Assembly: GCA_964452145.1 (NCBI GenBank)
Contig: CAYVLA010000043.1
Span: forward strand, 1 to 13,852
Reading direction: 5' to 3'
Source: Candidatus Hadarchaeota archaeon
GTDB taxonomy: Archaea; CAYQAE01; CAYVLA01
Length of the DNA: 13,852 nt
Below, one piece after another: positions 7,150 through 13,852 of this stretch; the first letter of the stretch is position 1, and the number at the start of each line of letters is the position of its first letter. Below the pieces are notes generated by a model. That model was given only the letters and a program-made list of their open reading frames with translations, had not been told where the DNA came from and did not search any database. The translations under genes and the position numbers were made by a program.

Positions 7150-7925
7150 ATCTTGCCTGCCCCCTGACAGATCGGGCAGGCCGTTTCCGGCCCCACCACC
7201 CGGTACGGCGGCTTCACCACGTAGTGCATGTTTCCCTGGTTGACCGCTTGGCTGAATCCGCTGGCCCTCAGATCGAACTCATACGTCCGCCCGCCATCTA
7301 TGAAATGCTGATCAGAGCCTCGCCACCGCTCCTCCCCCCCCTCCACAACCCATGCCTCGACCCTGAAGACGCCGCCGCTGTTGTCATTGTTGGTCACCGA
7401 GATCCGTACGTGCCACTCGGAGGAGATGGTTCCGCGGTCCTGAAGAAAGCCCGAGGTGGTGTAGTTGAACTCCTCTCTCTCAGGGACTCTTCCGGTCCCG
7501 TTGCACTCCGGGCAGATCAGGTGGTATCGCGGGTCGGTCGGGAAGTCATCCGAGTTATCTCCGTATCCGTCCTGGTCGGAGTCAGCCCACTCGCTCCAGT
7601 CCTGTGGGAAGACGTCCGAGTTGTCGCCGTAGCCATCCCCGTCGCTGTCGATCCACTCATTCTTGTCATAAGGGAAATCGTCCGAGTTGTCGCCGTAGCC
7701 ATCCCCGTCGGAATCGGCGGTTTCGGTGGAATCTCGGGGGAATGCATCGGAGTTGTCTCCAACACCGTCGTTGTCGCTGTCGATCCACTCGTTGGGATCG
7801 TTCGGGAACCGGTCCTCCTCATCCGGGTATCCGTCCCCGTCGCTGTCCCTCGGGCCGATGCATCCAGAGAGCAGGACCGCGGCGATGAAGACGAGAACGC
7901 CAAGCCCAGACAGAATCCTACCCAT
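7146..7925 (-). CDS. Lipoprotein with five thrombospondin type-3-like Ca-binding repeats and a CxxCxGxG pair flanking a beta-rich domain
   Basis: Hydrophobic signal ending in LLSGCIG; DSDGDGYGDNSDxFP repeats; CPECNGTG ... CPICQGAG. ATG 7925 chosen because GGAGG lies 9 nt upstream (alternatives 7934, 7946). Confidence 0.85.
   Translation of the reverse strand: MGRILSGLGVLVFIAAVLLSGCIGPRDSDGDGYPDEEDRFPNDPNEWIDSDNDGVGDNSDAFPRDSTETADSDGDGYGDNSDDFPYDKNEWIDSDGDGYGDNSDVFPQDWSEWADSDQDGYGDNSDDFPTDPRYHLICPECNGTGRVPEREEFNYTTSGFLQDRGTISSEWHVRISVTNNDNSGGVFRVEAWVVEGGEERWRGSDQHFIDGGRTYEFDLRASGFSQAVNQGNMHYVVKPPYRVVGPETACPICQGAGKI
7518..7847 (-). repeat. Five tandem 66-nt (22-aa) coding repeats, DSDxDGxxDxxDxFPxDxxE[W/T]x
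   Basis: Exact 32-nt duplicate CGTCCGAGTTGTCGCCGTAGCCATCCCCGTCG at 7613-7644 and 7679-7710 (66 nt apart). GTCGCTGTCGATCCACTC recurs at 7641-7658 and 7773-7790 (132 nt apart). Confidence 0.92.
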
Positions 7926-7954
7926 CAGACCCATCCTCCGAGGCACTGGCCCCG

Positions 7955-8479
7955 CTACCGGGAGGTGAGGGCCGAGATGACGGCCTTGGAGAAGGCGGGG
8001 AGGTCTTCGGGGAATCTGGACGTTATCAGGTTCCCGTCGCGTCTGACCTCCACGTACTCGAAGTCACCGCCCGCTTGGAGTATCTCGTCCTTCACCGCTC
8101 TGTAGGCGGTCAGTTTTCGGCCCTTCACAATCCCTGCGGAGACAAGGACTTGGGGGCCATGGCAAATGGCTGCCACTATTACGCCCTTTCTGTGGGCTCT
8201 TCTGACCAGCTCCAGGACCTCCTTGTTCTCCCTCAGTCGCCTAGGCGCGTTTCCGCCTGGTATGATGATGCAGTCGAAATCCGCTTCCACGATCTCGGCC
8301 ACGGTCGTGGAGGGGGTGAACTCCAAGCCGTGTTTGCCCTTGACCTGCTCCTTTGTGAGACCCGCTACCACAACGTCGGCTCCGGCTTCGGCGAACCGGA
8401 TGAGGGGGTAGAAGAATTCGAGGTCCTCGAATCCCTCTGCCACAAGAATAGCCATCCTTTTTCCCTTCAGCTCGTCCAA
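7955..8479 (-). CDS. pfpI: PfpI/DJ-1 family (C56) intracellular protease/glyoxalase-deglycase, ~174 aa
   Basis: GFEDLEFFYP, IIPGG, nucleophile elbow AICHGPQVL, DGNLITSR.PEDLPAF. TTG 8479 follows GAGGGAG (TTG 8497 is an alternative). Confidence 0.92.
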   Translation of the reverse strand: MDELKGKRMAILVAEGFEDLEFFYPLIRFAEAGADVVVAGLTKEQVKGKHGLEFTPSTTVAEIVEADFDCIIIPGGNAPRRLRENKEVLELVRRAHRKGVIVAAICHGPQVLVSAGIVKGRKLTAYRAVKDEILQAGGDFEYVEVRRDGNLITSRFPEDLPAFSKAVISALTSR

Positions 8480-8512
8480 TACACTCCCTCGCGCCAATAT
8501 AGACGCGCCCTC

Positions 8513-8525
8513 CTTGAATATATTG
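8513..8525 (-). promoter_or_regulatory. Putative TATA-like promoter for the pfpI-lipoprotein unit
   Basis: Minus-strand CAATATATTCAAG lies 33 nt upstream of TTG 8479. Confidence 0.45.
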
Positions 8526-8600
8526 GCTCCTGCGCCGTTGCGGGCCGTCAAAAGCTTGTTGGGTAATCCTTGGATTCGACCCGGCTCTGGCGGAGAACTC

Positions 8601-8616
8601 CAAGTAACAATTATAG
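8601..8616 (+). promoter_or_regulatory. Putative archaeal BRE/TATA promoter for the anSME gene (likely leaderless mRNA)
   Basis: CAAGTAACAATTATAG is an AT island in GC-rich DNA ending 22 nt before ATG 8639, with no Shine-Dalgarno-like sequence. Confidence 0.55.
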
Positions 8617-8638
8617 GGACTGCGTCGAGCGACGATGG

Positions 8639-9730
8639 ATGCTTCCGTCAAGCATTCTGGTGAAGCCGGTATCAGCAAGATGCAATCTTGCTTGCCGTTA
8701 TTGCTTCTACTCCAGAAGGCTGCAGCTGTACGGCCCGGATGAACCGGGGAGGATGGGCGACCGGGTATTGGAGGAGATGATTGCCCAGTATCTGGACATC
8801 TCGACGGACATCGCCTCCTTCAGCTGGCAGGGGGGTGAGCCCCTTCTTGCAGGCCTCGATTTCTACAAGCGGGCGGTCAAGCTCCAGGAAGCATACGGGA
8901 GAGGCCATGCTGTCTCCAACGCCTTCCAAACAAACGGCACGCTTCTCACCGAGGAGTGGACAAGGTTCTTCTTCAGGTACAAGTTCCTCATCGGCATAAG
9001 TCTGGACGGGCCGCCTGCTATTCACGATGCCAACAGGCGGACGCCCCGGGGTTACCCAAGCTTTCGGCGTGCGTTCAAGGGAGCGGAGCTCCTGAAGAGG
9101 GGAGGAGTCGACTTCAACGTCCTGTGCGTGGTGAACAGCGTCAATGCAGGCGATCCGGAAGGAATCTACGAGTTCTTCGTCGGCAACGGCTTCCGGTACC
9201 TCCAGTTCGTGCCATGTCTGGAATGGGACATTGCCAAGAATGGCCCAGGCCCCTACGACGTGAACGCCGAGCAGTACGGCAGCTTTCTGTGTCGCGTCTT
9301 CGATCTCTGGAAGCGGGACTATCCCAGGGTCTACGTGCGGATGTTCAACTCCCTCTTGGCCATGAGGCTTGGAAGGGGATACCACCTGTGCACTCTTGGG
9401 CCGAGCTGCGGCGAGTACGTCGTTGTGGAGAGCAACGGCGATGTGTATCCGTGCGACTTCTTCGTGGACAAGGAGATGCGGCTGGGCAACATACTGGAGG
9501 TGGCTCTCAGGAAGATCGTGGAGGGGACCTCGCTGGCCAAGTTCTCGGATGCGAAATCGAAGGTCGATCCCCAATGCAGGAGTTGTGAGTGGATCGATCT
9601 GTGCTTTGGCGGTTGCCAGTACAACAGACGGGAGAGCGCTCATCCTGGGCGAAGCTACTTTTGCCCGGCTTACAAGCAGTTCTTCTCATACAGCCAAGCA
9701 GGCTTTGAGGAGATCGAGGCCTGTCTCTAG
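8639..9730 (+). CDS. Anaerobic sulfatase-maturating enzyme-type radical SAM/SPASM protein (363 aa)
   Basis: VKPVSARCNLACRYCFY (CX3CX2C), WQGGEP, QTNGTL, ISLDG. SPASM cysteines CTLGPSC...YPCDFF...CRSCEWIDLCFGGC...FC. ATG 8639 matches the family N-terminus. Confidence 0.93.
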   Translation: MLPSSILVKPVSARCNLACRYCFYSRRLQLYGPDEPGRMGDRVLEEMIAQYLDISTDIASFSWQGGEPLLAGLDFYKRAVKLQEAYGRGHAVSNAFQTNGTLLTEEWTRFFFRYKFLIGISLDGPPAIHDANRRTPRGYPSFRRAFKGAELLKRGGVDFNVLCVVNSVNAGDPEGIYEFFVGNGFRYLQFVPCLEWDIAKNGPGPYDVNAEQYGSFLCRVFDLWKRDYPRVYVRMFNSLLAMRLGRGYHLCTLGPSCGEYVVVESNGDVYPCDFFVDKEMRLGNILEVALRKIVEGTSLAKFSDAKSKVDPQCRSCEWIDLCFGGCQYNRRESAHPGRSYFCPAYKQFFSYSQAGFEEIEACL

Positions 9731-9907
9731 CACTTCAGTTCATCCTTGCTGCGACACCCCGGCCACCGAAGTCGTGTTTGGCGAAGGCCTTTTGGCTTTC
9801 AGGTCCTTCCTCCTCTTGGGGTCGGGTGGCCTTCGATCAGAAGTCCCACATGGAGGGGAACGTCGAGGTTCATGGGCAGACAGCCGGATTGGACGGAGGG
9901 TCGGCGG

Positions 9908-11515
9908 TTAGGCTGATGATCCCTGGATCTTCCCCACGGCTTCGAGAAGTCTCAGCCGGGATTCTCGGAACCTCCCGGCGTCCCGTTCATAGTCCGTGGG
10001 CGTTCTCACAACTAGGTCACACAGACGAAAGGCGGCTTCCTCATCTTGTCTGGAAAGGGCCTTGAAGAGCTCGTAGTCCTCGGCGCCATCCCTCATCGCT
10101 TCGTATCGAATGGACTCTACGGGCCCATTGGGCCCAGGGTACACTATGCATGCATCCCCTGCCGGAAGCGGGGCTCCGTGGCTCCAATCGGGTTGGGTAT
10201 GTCTGAAGGGATCATCGGTCCAGTGGTTGTACCCCCAATGAAGATATCCGGTCAGGCCGTACCTGAAGTTGATCCAGTGCAGAAGCCGTACTTTCAGGAG
10301 GGAGAAGTCGATGAAGCGGTTAGGGTACCTCCCGGCGGGTCCCAGACATGTATAGAACCATACCTGGTTCCCGGACGCCTGGAGTTCTCTGTAGTACTGA
10401 ATATTGGCGTCGAACTGGTCGAGCACGGGAACCCAAATCTCGAGGCATCCTTTCAGGGTGGTTGTCATATTGGCGTCGATCCTTCTCAGTCCAGGCGCGT
10501 ACTTGGCCACTAGTTCAGCAAGCCGTCGGTAGCTGGCTGCGTTGGCCTCGATGGGCTCATCGGCCAAGTGCTGCACGTATCTTCCCTCCCATCCGCGGCG
10601 CCGAAGATGGTGCTGTAGGGCCGGCAGAAAGGCCGACAGGAAGTCCTCGCACTCCTGGGATTCCACCGCCACCGGCGCCATGCGGGCTCTGCCCGCCTCC
10701 TCCGACAGGTCCCAGCCACGGAGGCTGAATCCCGAGTTCCAGTCCCCCGACCTGCCCGCCAAGTGGCCTCCCTCGATGAGGCCGTCGACGCCCGCCCCTT
10801 GGAATGTTCGGATCCAACGGTCAAATCGGGAGAAGTCGAAGCGATATTTGCCATGCCTTCTCGATACTTCGATCAGACCGAGGGGGGTCAACACGACGTT
10901 CTGACGGTGAAGAGACATGCTGGTGGCATGTGCGCGCAGAAGTCTCCAGTGGTCCTCGCTCCACTCCCTAAGCCCGGCAGACCTAGCGATGTGTCCGGGG
11001 CTTATCCAGTTGGTGAGGTAGAGTGATCGGTCAGACGGCACGGTGGCCGGGTGAACCCTGAGCTCAACCCTGACCTGGCCGTGTTCTTCACCGGCCTTGA
11101 TCATGATCGATCCAGCGTAGTCCCCGACCGGTGCCTGCTCGGGGACGAAGATTGTGAGCCAGACGGGCTGGGTTTGATCTGCGGCGACTTGCACAGATCG
11201 TTGTTCCATCAGGTAGTCGGGGAACTCGCCCGGGGCTCCATGCACGATCTCGTCCCCAGGGGTGTTCCTCACGGACTCCCGAACGTGCACGTACCCCACG
11301 AACCGGGGCATGCATTGAAGTCTGCTGCCCGACCCGTGTTCAAGTGAGCCGCAGGATACGCTGACCACGGCATCCTGATCGCATCGCACAGCCACCTGCC
11401 CGCTTTCGAACTCGTTCCTCGCGGAGTCGATGTGGACGGGACCAGCCGGTCCTGGATGATTCTCCCTGAAGATCTTGATCAAGGAGTCCACGGGCCACGC
11501 CAACAGATTGGCCAT
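9908..11515 (-). CDS. DUF4091-containing GH123-like glycoside hydrolase (putative beta-N-acetylgalactosaminidase), 535 aa, no signal peptide
   Basis: ARNEFESGQV, PDYL, QPVWLTI.VP, FDFSRFDRW, adjacent acidic pair LADEP, WFYTC..P...YPNRFID, GYLHWGYN.W, GD..IVYPG, SIRYEAMRDGAEDYE. Start moved to ATG 11515 because the longer ORF overlaps the upstream gene. Confidence 0.85.
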   Translation of the reverse strand: MANLLAWPVDSLIKIFRENHPGPAGPVHIDSARNEFESGQVAVRCDQDAVVSVSCGSLEHGSGSRLQCMPRFVGYVHVRESVRNTPGDEIVHGAPGEFPDYLMEQRSVQVAADQTQPVWLTIFVPEQAPVGDYAGSIMIKAGEEHGQVRVELRVHPATVPSDRSLYLTNWISPGHIARSAGLREWSEDHWRLLRAHATSMSLHRQNVVLTPLGLIEVSRRHGKYRFDFSRFDRWIRTFQGAGVDGLIEGGHLAGRSGDWNSGFSLRGWDLSEEAGRARMAPVAVESQECEDFLSAFLPALQHHLRRRGWEGRYVQHLADEPIEANAASYRRLAELVAKYAPGLRRIDANMTTTLKGCLEIWVPVLDQFDANIQYYRELQASGNQVWFYTCLGPAGRYPNRFIDFSLLKVRLLHWINFRYGLTGYLHWGYNHWTDDPFRHTQPDWSHGAPLPAGDACIVYPGPNGPVESIRYEAMRDGAEDYELFKALSRQDEEAAFRLCDLVVRTPTDYERDAGRFRESRLRLLEAVGKIQGSSA

Positions 11516-11615
11516 TGTCACAACCGTTAGGGTGAACCCGTAGGCGCTGAAGATGTTTTTCGTTTCCCGGACCGCCTGGATCCGCCCGGCTTGCGGAACG
11601 CTTCGTGGGCTCAGC

Positions 11616-13013
11616 TCAGTCCAGTAGCTTCCCCGGGTTGAGTATGTTACATGGGTCGAAGATCGCCTTGATCTCATGCATGAGTCTGAGCTGTTCGGCG
11701 TCCAGGGCGATCGACATGTAGGGTTTCTTGGCCGAGCCTATCCCGTGCTCTCCCGAAACCGTGCCGCCGAAGGCCACAGCCTTCCGGTAGATCTCCTTCA
11801 TCACCCGGGGTAGCAGCTCCTCCCACCTTTCCTGGCTCAGGCCGTCCTTCAACGGGTGGAGGTGGATGTTCCCGTCCCCCGCATGGCCGTAGCCGATGAT
11901 CCGCATGCCGTGGGTCCTTGAGATTTCCTTCACCGCCTGCATGAACTCGGCTATTCTGGCCGGCGGCACTGCTGCGTCCACAAGCTCGGCCACGCGGGCC
12001 TTGACGACTGCCTCGTAGAAGTGGCTCCTGATGTCCCAAATGCTGCTCTGGCTCTCGGGAGTGTCGGCGACCAGGACGTCCGCGGCGCCGTTCTTGGTGC
12101 AGATGTCCGATATGGCCTCGGCCTCTTCGTAGAGCTCGTCCTCCTTGTCTCCTTCGATCCTCATGATCAGGTATGCGGCTGCATCGTGGTGAGGCATGGT
12201 CTTTTGCAGATGCTCCTCGGCTAGTAGTATGGCGTCCCTTTCCACGAATTCCATCGCCGTGGGGGTGATCCGGCTCCGCAAGACCTCGCAGACCGATGAC
12301 ACCGCATTGTGCAGATCCGGAAAAGGCACGTAGAGGGTCATGAAGATCTTGGGCAGCCTTATGAGCTTGACGATGACCTTGGTCACGGCGGCAAGGGTGC
12401 CCTCCGAGCCAATGATGAGCTGCATAAGGTCATACCCCATGGATCGCTTCACCGTCTTGCCGCCCAGCTGGATCACCGCGCCTGAGGGAAGGACGATCTC
12501 CAGACCTAGGACGTAGTCACGGGTCTTGCCGTACTTGACGCCGTTCATTCCTCCCGCGTTGGTGGCAACGTTTCCGCCGATGGAGGACGTCCTCTCACCC
12601 GGGTCCGCGGGATAGAAGAGCCCCCTTCTCTCAACCTCCTGGCGGAAGTCCAACAGCACGACCCCGGCCTCAAGCACCGCCATCAAGTTCTCTTCGTCGA
12701 TCTGGATTATCCTGTTCATCCGCTCGAAGCTGATCACGATCCCGCCCAGAAGGGGGACCGCTCCGCATGAGAGGCCCGTTCCCTGCCCGCGGAATGTGAC
12801 CGGTATCAGGCAATCGTTGCAGAGAACGAGGATCCTGCTTAGTTCCTCGGGACGGCCCGGCTTGACAACGGCCTCCGGGTTGTGTCCGGACACCAGTGGG
12901 GTCTCGTCCCTGGAGTACTTCTCCAGCGATCCTGGTTCGGTGATCACGTTCTCGGCGCCAACAATGGCGCGGAGTCTCTCCAGAATCCCATCGTTCACCT
13001 TGGCGTAGGTCAA
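11616..13013 (-). CDS. lctD: FAD-linked 2-hydroxyacid dehydrogenase, LctD/GlcD type (probable Etf-coupled D-lactate dehydrogenase), 465 aa
   Basis: RGQGTGL, DPGE..SSIGGNVATNAGG..GVKYG.TRDYVLGL, IGSEGTL, metal-binding GHAGDGNIH and SGEHGIG, FDP.NILNPGK. The TTG start overlaps the etfA TGA (TTGA). The family is certain; lactate specificity is inferred from resemblance to Acetobacterium LctD and the etf adjacency. Confidence 0.85.
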   Translation of the reverse strand: MTYAKVNDGILERLRAIVGAENVITEPGSLEKYSRDETPLVSGHNPEAVVKPGRPEELSRILVLCNDCLIPVTFRGQGTGLSCGAVPLLGGIVISFERMNRIIQIDEENLMAVLEAGVVLLDFRQEVERRGLFYPADPGERTSSIGGNVATNAGGMNGVKYGKTRDYVLGLEIVLPSGAVIQLGGKTVKRSMGYDLMQLIIGSEGTLAAVTKVIVKLIRLPKIFMTLYVPFPDLHNAVSSVCEVLRSRITPTAMEFVERDAILLAEEHLQKTMPHHDAAAYLIMRIEGDKEDELYEEAEAISDICTKNGAADVLVADTPESQSSIWDIRSHFYEAVVKARVAELVDAAVPPARIAEFMQAVKEISRTHGMRIIGYGHAGDGNIHLHPLKDGLSQERWEELLPRVMKEIYRKAVAFGGTVSGEHGIGSAKKPYMSIALDAEQLRLMHEIKAIFDPCNILNPGKLLD

Positions 13014-13852
13014 CTCATCTCTCGCCTCTTCACAGCCTGGATGATCCGGGGAATCACTTCATATAGGTCTCCCACGATGCAGTAATCCGCGACCTTGAAG
13101 ATCGGTGCCGAGGAATCCTTGTTGATCGCCACTATCACGTCGGAGGTCTGCATGCCGGCCAGGTGTTGGACCGAGCCTGAGATCCCGCAGGCAATGTAGA
13201 GCTTGGGCCTGACCGTCTTGCCGCTTAGGCCGACCTGATGTCTATACGCGATCCAGCCATCGTCCACCGCGCACCGGCTGGCCCCCACGGCGGCTCCTAG
13301 CGCCTGAGCAAGGTCCCTGATGAGCTTGAACCCCTGGGGGTTCCCCAGCCCCCTACCTCCTGAGACGATGATCTCGGCCTCAGTGATGCTGGCCTCGCTG
13401 CCCCCCGTTGTCGACTCCAGTATTCGGGTCCTGTCCAGGATGCATCCCGGATCAAAGCTCTTCACGATTACCCTTCCCTCGCGCCGCTGACATCTCTCAG
13501 CCCTCCTCATCACCTTGTAGCGAACCGTGGCCATCTGGGGTCTGTGGTGCTCGCACAGGATCGTTGCCATGACGTTGCCGCCAAAAGCCGGCCGGGTCTG
13601 CAGGAGATTGCCGTGCTCGTCGATGTCCAGCCCCGTGCAGTCCGCCGTCAGCCCGGTCTTCAACCTGACGGCCAGCCTCGGCGCCAGGGTGCGGCCGATG
13701 TTGGTTGCCCCGAGCAGGAATATGTTCGGCTTCACCTCCTCCACAAGGCTTGCCAAGATATGGGTGTAGGGATCTTCCCGGAAATCCGTCAGCATTGGGT
13801 GGTCGTAGAGATGGACGTTATCGCTGCCGTATGAAAGAAGATCCTCCGCCGG
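13010..13852 (-). CDS. etfA: Electron transfer flavoprotein subunit alpha (EtfA/FixB/LctC), 5'-truncated by the window edge
   Basis: [91 protein letters not shown]. The frame is open to the window end ([20 protein letters not shown]...). Confidence 0.96.
   Translation of the reverse strand, partial: PAEDLLSYGSDNVHLYDHPMLTDFREDPYTHILASLVEEVKPNIFLLGATNIGRTLAPRLAVRLKTGLTADCTGLDIDEHGNLLQTRPAFGGNVMATILCEHHRPQMATVRYKVMRRAERCQRREGRVIVKSFDPGCILDRTRILESTTGGSEASITEAEIIVSGGRGLGNPQGFKLIRDLAQALGAAVGASRCAVDDGWIAYRHQVGLSGKTVRPKLYIACGISGSVQHLAGMQTSDVIVAINKDSSAPIFKVADYCIVGDLYEVIPRIIQAVKRREMS

Noticed and set aside
7518..7847. 32-nt exact repeat with 66-nt period, superficially CRISPR-like
   Set aside because: In-frame coding repeats of a TSP3-like protein; the intervening segments are homologous to each other and no cas genes are present.
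8561..8585. GGGTAATCCTTGGATTCGACCC resembles a tRNA T-arm or a tmRNA 5' end
   Set aside because: No cloverleaf, acceptor stem or matching 3' end, and no room before the anSME gene.
9799..9873. 24-codon minus-strand ORF (MNLDVPLHVG...) as a possible radical SAM precursor peptide
   Set aside because: No RBS or promoter, no Cys/Ser or RiPP-like motif, and on the opposite strand from the enzyme.
11516..11677. N-terminal extension of the GH123-like ORF (similarly 718-861, 5602-5670, 8480-8551, 8570-8638)
   Set aside because: The extensions overlap neighbouring genes or promoter-like boxes and precede the family-conserved N-termini.

Overview
GC-rich, gene-dense window with no mobile element, CRISPR array or recognisable tRNA/rRNA. 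It is probably from an anaerobic, heterotrophic archaeon. This is inferred from TATA-like boxes 22-33 nt before most starts, frequent TTG starts, an SGC-IG lipobox and DSDGDG..D.FP repeats, and is not proven. Left to right: two divergent small membrane-protein ORFs; a Gfo/Idh/MocA oxidoreductase; a ~1260-aa secreted, C-terminally anchored multidomain protein (probably glycan-active) directly downstream of rlmH; a second Gfo/Idh/MocA oxidoreductase; a lipoprotein with five Ca-binding TSP3-like repeats and a split CxxCxGxG pair; a PfpI/DJ-1 protein; an anSME-type radical SAM/SPASM enzyme with no sulfatase in the window; a DUF4091/GH123-like hexosaminidase; and an LctD/GlcD-type FAD dehydrogenase coupled to a partial etfA (likely electron-confurcating lactate dehydrogenase). 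The most notable points are a full-length rlmH with no ATG/GTG/TTG start (probable CTG initiation) and altered conserved residues, the giant surface enzyme with an unusual sorting-like tail, and a possible loose (sulfated) HexNAc-glycan utilisation neighbourhood.
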